The position numbers were made by a program, and so were the translations under genes. Source: an uncultured Desulfosarcina sp. (GTDB lineage: Bacteria > Desulfobacterota > Desulfobacteria > Desulfobacterales > Desulfosarcinaceae). From it: 64,000 nucleotides of DNA. The notes below the pieces were generated by a model. The model did not search any database. It saw only the letters and a program-made list of their open reading frames with translations, and was not told the DNA's origin. Below are positions 41,276-50,959 of the stretch, one piece after another. Positions within the stretch are counted from its first letter, which is position 1. Each line of letters begins with the position of its first letter. The stretch lies in the NCBI GenBank assembly GCA_963674945.2, contig CAXXWQ010000003.1, positions 320,001-384,000 of the forward strand, given 5' to 3'.

Positions 41276-42931
41276 CCTGTTTCCGTGGCACAAAACCTGA
41301 TTAAAACACTATAACCAATTGATAAAACATATATATTATGGTAATATTAGGGCACTAAACGCTCACTTCGGAGGTGAAATCAATGCGGCGTCCGATCACC
41401 ATAAAACACGAGATGGAAAAACTTGCCAGTCATAGCGGATTGATCAATATCGGCGCATTACTTGATGCGATAAATTTCAGGTTCCGTTTCGAAAAGATCA
41501 ACGGCGTCCATTGTGTAGACCCGAAAATTTCTCATGGTGACATTTTAGCTTCGATGATTGCTCTCATGAGTATTGGTAAACCTGATTACGATGCGATCGA
41601 GATTTTTCGTGAGAAGCAAGAATTTTTCAACAAGGCCATTGGCAATCGTGCATGCCCGTCAAGCCCGACATTGCGTCAGCGAATCGATTTGATCGGCAAC
41701 CAAGCCGATAAGCTGATTAAGGATGCAGGCGTTGATTTGGTTCGATCCTGCGCTCCGGCGATTTCACCCATCCAAACCAGTGCGGGTGATTTCCTTCCTT
41801 TGGATATGGATGTGAGTCCGTTTGACAACTCAAAGACTCAAAAGGAAGGCGTTTCCAGAACCTACAAAGGCACGGATGGCTTCGCTCCGATCTTTGCCTA
41901 CCTGGGCACCGAGGGGTATCTGGTGAATCTTGAGTTCAGAGAAGGAAAACAACACTGCCAGAAAAACACCCCCGAATTTATCAACGCCACCTTGGATTAT
42001 GCCAGGCAAATTACCGATCAGCCTATTTTGATGAGGTTGGATTCAGGAAACGACAGTCAAGACAACTTTCCTGACGATTCACGAAAGAATGTCCACTTTA
42101 TCATCAAACGCAATTTGCGTAGAGAATCTGTTCAAAAGTGGGTTGATCTGGCAAAAAAATCCGGCAAGCAACAGCATTGCCGCTCAGGAAAATGTGTATG
42201 GATCGGAAAGACGATTGAAGACATCAACGGCAATCCATTGCGCTACCCAATCATCTTTGAGGTTACCGAAAGGCATACCAAAAAGGGCCAAGTACTGCTG
42301 TTCCCCGAGTATCAGATCGATACCTATTGGTGCAGCCTCGCACAGTTGCCACCGGATGAGGTGATTCGACTTTATCACGATCACGGTACCAGCGAGCAGT
42401 TTCACTCCGAACTCAAATCCGACATGGGCCTGGAGCGCTTGCCGAGCGGTCATTTTTCCACCAATAGCTTGATTCTTCATTTGGCGATGCTGACGTACAA
42501 CATGCTACGGATTATCGGACAAATCAGCATCGAAGAGAGTGATCCGACTGAATTGCCCGGTATACGCCGGAAGAAAGTTACCCGGCGTCGAATCCGGACA
42601 GTCATGCAGGACTTGATGTATATGGCCGGTCGATTAGTAACCAGAAGTAGAAAATGGTACATATCCTTTGGCCAACTCAATCCATTTTCCAAACTGATGG
42701 ATCGGATTTATCTTCGTCTGAATTTGCTTTCCGCTATGAAGTAGCTATAATTTTTAAAAGAACAATTTTACAGGCATTTGCTTGGTGATTTGCTATGGCT
42801 AAAGAATGAGAAACAGGAGCAAAATTCCTTCGAAATTTGAAAATAGTGAGAAAAATTATCAACAAATGATGGTGTGTGAGGCAATCGCCCCGCGCCAATC
42901 CTAACAGCAAAAATTAGGCCACTGATTCAGG
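41276..42931 (+). mobile_element. IS1380-family element, copy 1 (1656 bp)
   Basis: Ends cctgtttccgtggc / gccactgattcagg; target duplication TTTAG (41271-41275 / 42932-42936); IHF-like site taaccaattgata at 41312-41324. Confidence 0.95.
41374..42744 (+). CDS. IS1380 family transposase
   Basis: LDMD, RLDSGND, YHDHGTSEQFHSELK. Confidence 0.95.
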   Translation: MKSMRRPITIKHEMEKLASHSGLINIGALLDAINFRFRFEKINGVHCVDPKISHGDILASMIALMSIGKPDYDAIEIFREKQEFFNKAIGNRACPSSPTLRQRIDLIGNQADKLIKDAGVDLVRSCAPAISPIQTSAGDFLPLDMDVSPFDNSKTQKEGVSRTYKGTDGFAPIFAYLGTEGYLVNLEFREGKQHCQKNTPEFINATLDYARQITDQPILMRLDSGNDSQDNFPDDSRKNVHFIIKRNLRRESVQKWVDLAKKSGKQQHCRSGKCVWIGKTIEDINGNPLRYPIIFEVTERHTKKGQVLLFPEYQIDTYWCSLAQLPPDEVIRLYHDHGTSEQFHSELKSDMGLERLPSGHFSTNSLILHLAMLTYNMLRIIGQISIEESDPTELPGIRRKKVTRRRIRTVMQDLMYMAGRLVTRSRKWYISFGQLNPFSKLMDRIYLRLNLLSAMK

Positions 42932-43004
42932 TTTAGGGTAAAAACTCTGGGGCGGAAGGTGGGCTCCCTTACCAACACCCAACGTTTGCCTTTACGGATA
43001 TATT

Positions 43005-43763
43005 ATGGATCTTTTCACGCTTACGAATCGAATCGCCCTGGTGACCGGCGCAAGCCGGGGGCTGGGCCGTGCCATGGCCGTCGGCATGGATAGTGCCGGC
43101 GCCCATATCGTTGCCCTCGGCAGGGACAGGCGTTCATTGAATGTTACCGCAGATGAGATCGCTGCGGCCGGTGGAACATCGACCATCGTTGAGGTCGATT
43201 TGTGCGATGATGCAGCAGTTCAGGAGATGGTGACCGACACCGTGAAAACGCTTGGCAGGATCGATATCCTCGTCAACAATGCCGGGATCTCGTCGATGAA
43301 ACGCACAACCGAAATTACGAAAGCCGAATGGGATCGTGTGCTGGATACCAACCTGAATTCTGTTTTTGTGCTCTCCCAGGCGGTCGGTCGGCAAATGATC
43401 GAGAAAAAACAGGGCAACATCATCAACATCGCCTCCATATACGGAAAGATGGCCTCCAACCGATCGCTGCACTATTGCGCCTCCAAGGCGGCCACCATTC
43501 AAATGACCAGAGCATTGGCCCTTGAATGGGCGCCGTTCAATATCCGGGTCAACTGCATCGCTCCCGGGTTTTTTCAAACGGAAATGACGACGGACCAACA
43601 GACAAGTGAGAAGCACTACTCCTTTTTAATGCAAAAGATTCCTCTCAAGCGATTCGGAGATCCTGAAGAAATTATCGGAAGCGTACTGTTCTTGTCGTCG
43701 GATGCTTCCAGATACGTTACCGGATCCACGCTGTTTGTCGATGGTGGGTACTCTATCTGGTAG
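43005..43763 (+). CDS. SDR oxidoreductase (KduD/gluconate 5-dehydrogenase-like)
   Basis: TGASRGLG, NNAG, YCASK, VDGG. Confidence 0.92.
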   Translation: MDLFTLTNRIALVTGASRGLGRAMAVGMDSAGAHIVALGRDRRSLNVTADEIAAAGGTSTIVEVDLCDDAAVQEMVTDTVKTLGRIDILVNNAGISSMKRTTEITKAEWDRVLDTNLNSVFVLSQAVGRQMIEKKQGNIINIASIYGKMASNRSLHYCASKAATIQMTRALALEWAPFNIRVNCIAPGFFQTEMTTDQQTSEKHYSFLMQKIPLKRFGDPEEIIGSVLFLSSDASRYVTGSTLFVDGGYSIW

Positions 43764-43857
43764 CGCTTCTGACGACCAGTCGATTGTCGGCTGCATTACT
43801 TTTTCGGAACGTATCGCTTCGTTCGTAACACTTTTACGTTATTTGGAGATTTCTCCC

Positions 43858-44980
43858 ATGGGTCCATTGAAAGGAATCAAAATACTTGAATTCGGAGGTA
43901 TCGGAGCAATCCCCTTTTGCGGCCAGATGCTTGCCGACATGGGTGCCACGCTTTTGCGTATTGAGCGTAAAGGCGGACCCAGGGCAAGACTGGGCAAGGC
44001 CAAATTCAATGTCTGGTTCCGGAACCGCCCGGCGGTCTATATCGATTTCAAACAGGAACAGGCGCGGAAGACGATTTTCAAGCTGATTGAGTCCGCTGAC
44101 GGAACGATTGAGGGGTTTCGGCCCGGAGTCATGGAACGGCTGGGGATCGGTCCCGACGAATGCCTGCAGCGAAACCCCAAACTGATATATGGGCGTCTTA
44201 CCGGCTATGGCCGCGAAGGTCCACTTTCCATGGCTGCGGGCCACGACATCAATTATCTGGCCATATCCGGCGGCCTGGGTGCCATCGGGCACAAAGAGAG
44301 CCGCCCGGTTCCACCGCTGAATGTTCTGGCGGATCTGGGTGGCGGTGGTCTCATGTTGGCATTTGGAATGGTTTGCGCGCTCCTGGAATGCCGCAGGTCC
44401 GGCAAGGGACAGGTCGTCGATGCGGCCATGGTCGATGGCTGTGCCGCATTGTTCGGCGCCTTTTACGGCTGGTGGGCCGCCAATGTATGGAAGGATTCGA
44501 AAGGTGAGAATCTGTTGGACAGCGGAGCCCCGTTCTACGATACCTACCAGACGGCGGACGGCAAGCACATTGCGCTCGGGGCGCTTGAACCCGAATTTTT
44601 CCGGACGGTTCTGCAATGCATGGGCATCGATGGTTCAAAGTTCAGAAAACCACACCGATGAAAAATGCTGGCCGGCGCTCAGACAACGACTGTGTTCGAC
44701 ATTTAAGACAAAAACGAGAGACGAATGGTGTGCCATTATGGAAGGTTTCGATACCTGTTTTGCACCGGTACTGTCTTTCGGTGAAGCCGTCCGTCACCCC
44801 CACAATCGTGCCCGCGATACATTTGTTGAGATTGAGGGCGTAATCCAGCCCACACCTGCCCCCCGATTTTCCCGTACCCGACCGGAAATCAATACGCCGC
44901 CAGCCGAACCAGGAGACAATTTAGAAGACTCACTGCTGCAATGGGGATTCAGTCGCAGTGAGATAACGGAAATTTTGTAG
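43858..44980 (+). pseudogene. CaiB/BaiF family III CoA-transferase (AMACR-like), frameshifted near 44640-44660
   Basis: EGFRPGVMERLG, GHDINYLA in frame 1, stopping at 44661; C-terminus WPALRQRL...QPTPAPRFSRT continues in another frame to 44980. Confidence 0.85.
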
Positions 44981-45051
44981 GAAAGCGTCCTCTAATCTGC
45001 TGATAGAGAACAGACTAAATGACGAAGACAAATCCAGGTAAAGGTCAAACA

Positions 45052-46509
45052 ATGAAGATCGAGACCAGTTCAGACTACATGTCCAGTTTGCAGGCAATCA
45101 AACCGGTTATTTATTACAAAGGCGAGAAAATCGAAGACGTAACCACGCACCCGGCCACAACGCCCCATGTGCGGGCCGCGGCCATGACCTATGCATTGGC
45201 TTCTCAGGCCGAATATCACGAACTGGCCACGGCGATCTCCCATCTTACAGGAAGAAAGATCAGCCGCTTTACCCATGTCCACCAGAATGTTGAAGATCTC
45301 ATCAAGAAAGTTAAGCTGTTACGTGTTCTGGGACAGAAGACCGGCACCTGCTTCCAGCGCTGCGTGGGATTCGACGGTATCAACGCCACCTACGCCACGG
45401 TCTATGAAATTGACCGGAAGTACGGCACCGACTACCTGGAGCGGTTCAAAAAATGGCTGATTCGTGTCCAGGACGAGAACTTGATGGTGGTTGGCGCCAT
45501 GACCGACCCGAAGGGCGACCGATCCAAAGGACCGGCCGACCAGCCCGATCCGGACCAATATCTCCACATCGTAGAGCGCCGCGAAGACGGCATCGTCATC
45601 CGCGGCGCCAAACTTCATATGACCGGCGCGGTCAATTCCCATGAAATCCTGGTCATGCCGACCACGGCAATGAACGAGGCGTCCAAAGACTATGCCTTCA
45701 TCTGCTCGTTGCCTGTGGACGCACCCGGCATTACGATGATATTCGGTCGTCAGGCCAATGACAGCCGGCGTGATCTGAAAGAAACCATCGACGTGGGCAA
45801 ACCCTCCTTCGGCATCGTCGGCGGTGAGGCGGTGATCGCCTTCGAGGATGTTTTCGTGCCCTGGGAAAACGTCTACATGGATGGCGAAACCGACTTCACC
45901 GGTCTGATCGTACACCGTTTTGCCGCCCACCACCGGGCTAACTATGGTGCCTGCAAGACCGGCCTGATGGATGTGCTGACAGGTGCGGTGACCTACCTGG
46001 CCCAGGCACAGGGAACGGCCAAGGGTTCCCACGTGCGCGACAAGGTCACCGAGATGATCCACCTGAGCGAAACCCTGTACAGTTCGTCCATCGCCTGCTC
46101 GGCAGAGGGTGTGCCGACCCCGTCGGGAGCATTCATGGTGGACACCATGCTGGCCAATGTATGCAAGCACAACGTGACCCGGTTTCATTTCGAGGTGGCG
46201 CGCCTGGCCGTTGACCTGGCCGGTGGCTTCATCGCCACCTTGCCAAGCGAGCACGACCTGCGTAGCGAGAAGATCGGCCACATCGTGAAGAAGTATTTCT
46301 CGGGCGTGGCCGACATACCGGTGGAAGACCGCATCAAAATCGGGCGACTCATCGAGGCCATGACCGGCGGCACGGCCATGGTGGAATCCATGCATGGCGC
46401 GGGCTCACCCCAGGCCCAGCGGATCATGATCTTCCGGGAAGGCGAATTGGCAAAGAAGATGTCGCTGGCCAAGGCCCTGGCCGGTATTCCTTCACGAAAA
46501 AACGGTTGA
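45052..46509 (+). CDS. abfD: 4-hydroxybutyryl-CoA dehydratase family (FAD, 4Fe-4S)
   Basis: TCFQRCVG, GAMTDPKGDR, HHRANYGACK, ESMHGAGSPQAQR. Confidence 0.88.
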   Translation: MKIETSSDYMSSLQAIKPVIYYKGEKIEDVTTHPATTPHVRAAAMTYALASQAEYHELATAISHLTGRKISRFTHVHQNVEDLIKKVKLLRVLGQKTGTCFQRCVGFDGINATYATVYEIDRKYGTDYLERFKKWLIRVQDENLMVVGAMTDPKGDRSKGPADQPDPDQYLHIVERREDGIVIRGAKLHMTGAVNSHEILVMPTTAMNEASKDYAFICSLPVDAPGITMIFGRQANDSRRDLKETIDVGKPSFGIVGGEAVIAFEDVFVPWENVYMDGETDFTGLIVHRFAAHHRANYGACKTGLMDVLTGAVTYLAQAQGTAKGSHVRDKVTEMIHLSETLYSSSIACSAEGVPTPSGAFMVDTMLANVCKHNVTRFHFEVARLAVDLAGGFIATLPSEHDLRSEKIGHIVKKYFSGVADIPVEDRIKIGRLIEAMTGGTAMVESMHGAGSPQAQRIMIFREGELAKKMSLAKALAGIPSRKNG

Positions 46510-46825
46510 AACGCTCAGTTTTTGTTCCCGTAGGTTCGTTTGATATGATGCAATCAATGAACGGATACGCGACTGTTCGTTTGCAATAGTGAGTCCCTTC
46601 CCCAGAAAACCTTTTTCATCTTCCTTTCCTCCTCGCCGGGCTGCCTTTTGGGCGGCCCGGTGCCGCTTGGCAAACCAGAATACCGATACGGATACAGAAT
46701 ATGGCAAACAAAAGATGCTTCGCTTGACGTAATAGCCATTTATGGGGCACCGCCCTTTCGGTTATCCCGCTACGTCGATTCCTGAATCGCATCCAAGATG
46801 CTCATCTTTGTTTCCGTACCGTATA

Positions 46826-46984
46826 TCAAGAGTTGTATATTTCTTCTATCCACTCTTTGAACCACTTGGGCTTTTGGTAAAAAAGATAAATTAGTCCCAA
46901 TGCTGTAATGGGGATTGGAATGATCGTATCAAAAATTGCCAACACGATAATATATATCAGAATCCTGGTTTTCGTAGACATCAT
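46826..46984 (-). CDS. Small membrane protein (52 aa)
   Basis: AAAGGA RBS; MMSTKTRILIYIIVLAIFDTIIPIPITALGLIYLFYQKPKWFKEWIEEIYNS. Below the ORF track cutoff. Confidence 0.7.
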   Translation of the reverse strand: MMSTKTRILIYIIVLAIFDTIIPIPITALGLIYLFYQKPKWFKEWIEEIYNS

Positions 46985-47164
46985 TTTAGTCCTTTTTTTC
47001 CGTTTCCAGCCGCCTCAATAATCCCTTTATTCTTCTTTCGGTTATGAATACCTGTCATTATGGTAATATCTGCTTGATATAGTAGCCCACATAAAATAAT
47101 ATGCCAGAAAAATTTGATTGCGTTCGGATCGTCATATTTACCTGTTAAAAGGAGATTATCTTTA

Positions 47165-47608
47165 ATGAAGAAATTATTAAAGAACTTGATTTCGATTTCT
47201 GAAACATTGTCAATCCTTGCTGTAAGGGTGGAAAAGATTGCTGATGTTTTTGAAGCAGAATCTCTGCAAGCAAAGCCTGCCAAGAAAACAGCCGCTAAGA
47301 AAAGGGCGGTTCCTAAAAAAGTCAAAAAGAAGGCGGCGCCAAAAAAGAAGGTTGCCGCTAAAAAGAAAGAGACTCCTGTAGAAGCTGAACCCACAAAGGA
47401 GGTAAGTGAGCAAGAAAGCGAACCTGAAGGCGGCATAATTGACAATATTCTCGGATTAATTAGCAGTGGCGGTGAAGGTACAACGGTTTCAGAATTAAAG
47501 GAAAAGACAGGCTTTGCACCGCGCCAAGTAAGTAATGCACTGTTCAAGCTGAAGCAGGGTGGAAAAATCGAGTCCCTTTCAAGGGGTGTTTATGTGAAAA
47601 AGGAATAA
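47165..47608 (+). CDS. Lys/Ala-rich (histone H1-like) protein with a C-terminal winged helix
   Basis: AKPAKKTAAKKRAVPKKVKKKAAPKKKVAAKKK; ELKEKTGFAPRQVSNALFKLKQGGKI...RGVY. Confidence 0.75.
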   Translation: MKKLLKNLISISETLSILAVRVEKIADVFEAESLQAKPAKKTAAKKRAVPKKVKKKAAPKKKVAAKKKETPVEAEPTKEVSEQESEPEGGIIDNILGLISSGGEGTTVSELKEKTGFAPRQVSNALFKLKQGGKIESLSRGVYVKKE

Positions 47609-47732
47609 TGGTCGTTTGTGATTCTGGTCATTCAACGTATCGGAAAGTTCCTTACCGAAAGTCATCTTCATTTGCCAGAACGGCATCATCCATTAAGTAA
47701 CGTCAAAAACAAAAAGAAAGGAAAGCCCTATC

Positions 47733-47933
47733 ATGGCCAATGGAATCGTTAAGTGGTTTAATGATAAGAAAGGATTCGGGTTCATTGAACAGGAAAATGG
47801 ACCAGATGTCTTTGTGCATCACTCAGCGATCAATGCGATCGGCTTTAAATCCCTCAAAGAGGGTGATCGAGTCACCTTTGACATTGAGCAAGGGAAAAAA
47901 GGCCCTTCAGCTAAGAATGTCACCGTAGTTTAG
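47733..47933 (+). CDS. csp: Cold-shock protein
   Basis: [22 protein letters not shown]. Confidence 0.95.
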   Translation: MANGIVKWFNDKKGFGFIEQENGPDVFVHHSAINAIGFKSLKEGDRVTFDIEQGKKGPSAKNVTVV

Positions 47934-47949
47934 GAAATCGCCTATGATA

Positions 47950-47987
47950 AAAGGGCATTTTCTCTGTTGATGGGGGGGTGCCCTTTT
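47950..47987 (+). terminator. Hairpin terminator after csp
   Basis: aaaagggcat...gtgccctttt. Confidence 0.55.
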
Positions 47988-48149
47988 CAATTTGACGTGA
48001 TTTCCAAAGATTATTTCCATTCATTTCGGTTTCCGGTTTCGACGAATTCTGTGTGAAGGCGTGGGCGGACGGATAGGTCGGAATTCGGCTACGGGTTAGG
48101 ATGCTATTTTGCTTGCCCGGCGGGTGGTGACGTTTAAGTGTTCCTGCAA

Positions 48150-48287
48150 GCGGATGGATTCTATGAATGGAAGGGAGATAAGGGAAATAAGCAAACGATG
48201 TTTCTGACTCTGCCAGATGGCAATCCTTTCGCTTTCGCCGGCCTGTGGGAAATGTGGGATAATATAAAACCTGTTGGCTTGTGGTAA
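48150..48287 (+). pseudogene. Internal fragment of a SOS response-associated peptidase (SRAP/YedK)
   Basis: ADGFYEWKGDKGNKQTMFLTLPDGNPFAFAGLWEMWD, with no start codon. Confidence 0.8.
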
Positions 48288-48335
48288 AAGGCATCAGCAT
48301 GGCAGATCCTGAACATTTTGAGATACTGAAACAGT

Positions 48336-48436
48336 ACCATTTTGTGGGCGTCCATGCTTTTTACTTGATTAAGAAATAAGTTCGAATCGGTTTTCCGTTT
48401 CAATTTGTTCTTCACGCTTCGAGGAGTGACTTGCCG
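48336..48436. repeat. ~100-bp imperfect direct repeat, left copy
   Basis: accatttt...agttcgaatcggtttt...cacgcttcgaggag.gacttgccg; roughly 85% identical by eye to 49618-49718. Confidence 0.85.
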
Positions 48437-48451
48437 TTTTTCTTACGGGTT

Positions 48452-49600
48452 TCACCCCCAGTTGATATTCGCCGGCAGTACACCTTCTTTCCCCGGTTTT
48501 CCGACAAGCTGCGGTACATACCGATTGAACGCGAACACAAATGGCATGCACAGGATCAAGCTTACCAGGGTTACCACACACGCGATACCGAAAAGGCCCA
48601 AACCGGACGGTGCAACACCGGTTTGCACCAATTTGGCCAGTGGAGGATTGAGATAGTGATAAAATATGCCATTTAGGCACATGAGCAGCAGGGTGTTCTG
48701 GCCTAGCCAAACCATTGGTTTCAGGGCGGGTGTAAAGGATGCCGCCAGTAGAACAAAAGCGCAACCGGCCAAGGCGGTCAAGGGGAACAGCAGCATGTTG
48801 CCGTGGGATGAAAAGAGTATGATGACGGCATCGTAGACATGAAACGGAAAGGGGCCGTTGTTCAACCGGTAGGTGAACAGGACCATCAGGAACGCACCTG
48901 CCGCAGCAGGCATCACGATCTTCATCGACACCACTTTTCGAAAAAGCCCCAGGCGCGTGAGGAGGACACCAACCAGATAGAAACTGTATAGGGTGATCGC
49001 CTCATGGATGAACAGATAGTTCCACCCCACGGTTCGACCTTTCAAGGGATTGAACAGATCGAGCTTCAAGTTCAATAGATAGCCTCCGACGTAAAAAATG
49101 AGAGCAGCGGCCACTATCTTGTAAGTGGAATCCTGTAAGAAACGAAAAACGCAGAAGTGAACGAGTTCGACCGAAAAGATCAGGAGGAGAAACCAGGAGG
49201 GAATGTCAAACGACGGCAGGCCGAACACGGTCGAAATGAGTCCCCCTGTATACCCTTGCACGCTGGGCAAGGACAGACCATAGAACTTGCCCTGAAAGAA
49301 TATGGGAGGAATCATCATCAAAAAGGTGAAAAAGATATAAGGCAGCAGGCGGGAAATGAATCGCTGTTTTAAAAATCTGCCCGTGCCCCATTCAAGCACA
49401 TTCTCTTTGGCGATGGTTCCGGACAAAACGATAAACAGCACCATATGAAATGAGTATATGAATTTATACTGGCCTGCGGCCGCCGTGTTCTTCAGCAGCA
49501 TCAGTTCCTCGATGAAGTGCCCGTAAAACACCAGTGCCATTGCATAAAATCGGGCAATGTCAATCATGACAATTCTTTTTTGATCGGTGCCGGCTGTCAT
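48452..49600 (-). CDS. Acyltransferase family 3 (membrane O-acyltransferase)
   Basis: RIVMIDIAR, VFYGH, IYSFHMVLF..LSG, WFL, LGQNTL. Confidence 0.88.
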   Translation of the reverse strand: MTAGTDQKRIVMIDIARFYAMALVFYGHFIEELMLLKNTAAAGQYKFIYSFHMVLFIVLSGTIAKENVLEWGTGRFLKQRFISRLLPYIFFTFLMMIPPIFFQGKFYGLSLPSVQGYTGGLISTVFGLPSFDIPSWFLLLIFSVELVHFCVFRFLQDSTYKIVAAALIFYVGGYLLNLKLDLFNPLKGRTVGWNYLFIHEAITLYSFYLVGVLLTRLGLFRKVVSMKIVMPAAAGAFLMVLFTYRLNNGPFPFHVYDAVIILFSSHGNMLLFPLTALAGCAFVLLAASFTPALKPMVWLGQNTLLLMCLNGIFYHYLNPPLAKLVQTGVAPSGLGLFGIACVVTLVSLILCMPFVFAFNRYVPQLVGKPGKEGVLPANINWG

Positions 49601-49617
49601 AAACAGTTCCTCTCGGG

Positions 49618-49718
49618 ACCATTTTGGAGACGTCTATGCTTTAATACTTGATAAGAAATGAGTTCGAATCGGTTTTTCGTTCCAATTCATTCTCCACGCT
49701 TCGAGGAGCGACTTGCCG
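49618..49718. repeat. ~100-bp imperfect direct repeat, right copy
   Basis: Matches 48336-48436. Confidence 0.85.
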
Positions 49719-50108
49719 CCAGGTGGCGTATGTTTCGTCTCCTCGCAATCTCGATGGTGCCATTTCAAATCGGACCTGAATATTTACCGCCGCTTGATTC
49801 CCATGATGCCCTCATGGTGCAACGCCCCGGGTGCATCCATTCTTGTTTTTCGTGGTATAATCACTTTTTATCAGGTGTAGTGGGCGGGGTAAAGCATGAA
49901 AGCATGACGTCACTATTTTTCCTCCGACATCAACATAAAGGATGAATTGATTTTTATCGAAAATGGTGTAGGCTCGTGTGAAATTTTCTTAGAAGCGTTC
50001 AAATGAAGATTTTGACGGGTGAGAGTTTCTTTTCGGGAAATCGAAATGTGATCCAGACGCCTTACAGCCATGAAAAAATGGTGAGCGCAAGCTCCGGATT
50101 GTTTTACT

Positions 50109-50930
50109 ATGAAAGGAAATATGTCTTTGAAATTCAACAAAAAGCTTGCTGCCCTATACAGTGCCATTGAGATGCATCGAAAAATTGTCGGTGTAAAATT
50201 TTTTTTTAATCTCCGTGATTTCGAAATCTCTTCACTCCGCACAGTACGCAGCCGCTTATCATTTTGCATGATGGTTAAAATCGCTTCGAGAGGTACGGGG
50301 CTCAAGGTCACCGAAGACAATTTCAAATGCCCGGGGTCTAGACGTGCATTGGGTATTGATAATGTGGATCGACAGTTCCGTTCTGGCGAAAAATATTTTG
50401 GGCTTGGTCTGTATAAAAACCTTGACACTGCAAGGAGTGTCGCTGATGAGATGCTTTTTCTGGACAGAAAACCAGCAGCTATGGCCGTTGCCCCCATTGA
50501 GCAGTTGGAAACTCCGCCCGATACGGTTGTCATGATTATCGATGGATACAGCGCAATGCGGATAATTCAGGGATACACATATCATTACGGCCAAGCGGGA
50601 CAAATCAGATTTTGCGGAAATCAAGGTGTTTGCTGTGAACTGACATCAAAACCCTTTATGGTTCAGGATATGAATATCTCATTATTGTGTTCCAACACGC
50701 GCTTTTCCTGTAAATGGCAGGATAGTGAGATCGGAATTGGCTTGCCATATCATATGCTGGAAGCTGTTGTTGACGGAGTTCTCAAAACTCTTAATTCTAC
50801 GGAGTCGGATAGGCGCAAAGTAGAAATCATAAAGCGTGCAAAAGCACATGGCCTTGATTTGGGTGTCGAGCTAGGAAATAATTATTTTAATAATGACCTT
50901 GGCATTGAAAAACGGAAAACCAAACTTTAA
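50109..50930 (+). CDS. DUF169-family protein
   Basis: VGVKF, FCMMV..A, FKC....RALG, PDTVV, QGVC, SLLCSNTR. Confidence 0.8.
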   Translation: MKGNMSLKFNKKLAALYSAIEMHRKIVGVKFFFNLRDFEISSLRTVRSRLSFCMMVKIASRGTGLKVTEDNFKCPGSRRALGIDNVDRQFRSGEKYFGLGLYKNLDTARSVADEMLFLDRKPAAMAVAPIEQLETPPDTVVMIIDGYSAMRIIQGYTYHYGQAGQIRFCGNQGVCCELTSKPFMVQDMNISLLCSNTRFSCKWQDSEIGIGLPYHMLEAVVDGVLKTLNSTESDRRKVEIIKRAKAHGLDLGVELGNNYFNNDLGIEKRKTKL

Positions 50931-50959
50931 CGGCGTGCCCTCTTGGCGAATAGGTACCA

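Noticed and set aside
44659..44661. TGA in the CaiB gene as selenocysteine
   Set aside because: Homology continues in a different frame, so this is a frameshift rather than readthrough
45319..46395. Long antisense ORFs (also 22299-23132, 23157-24047, 30084-31016, 34362-35126, 43834-44616)
   Set aside because: Shadow ORFs opposite well-supported GC-rich genes, with no recognisable motifs
46492..46739. Short minus-strand ORFs after abfD
   Set aside because: No recognisable family and weak start signals
48336..49718. CRISPR array or integron attC interpretation of the direct repeats
   Set aside because: Only two ~100-bp copies, no spacer periodicity, no clear RYYYAAC/GTTRRRY attC ends, and no cas or intI gene
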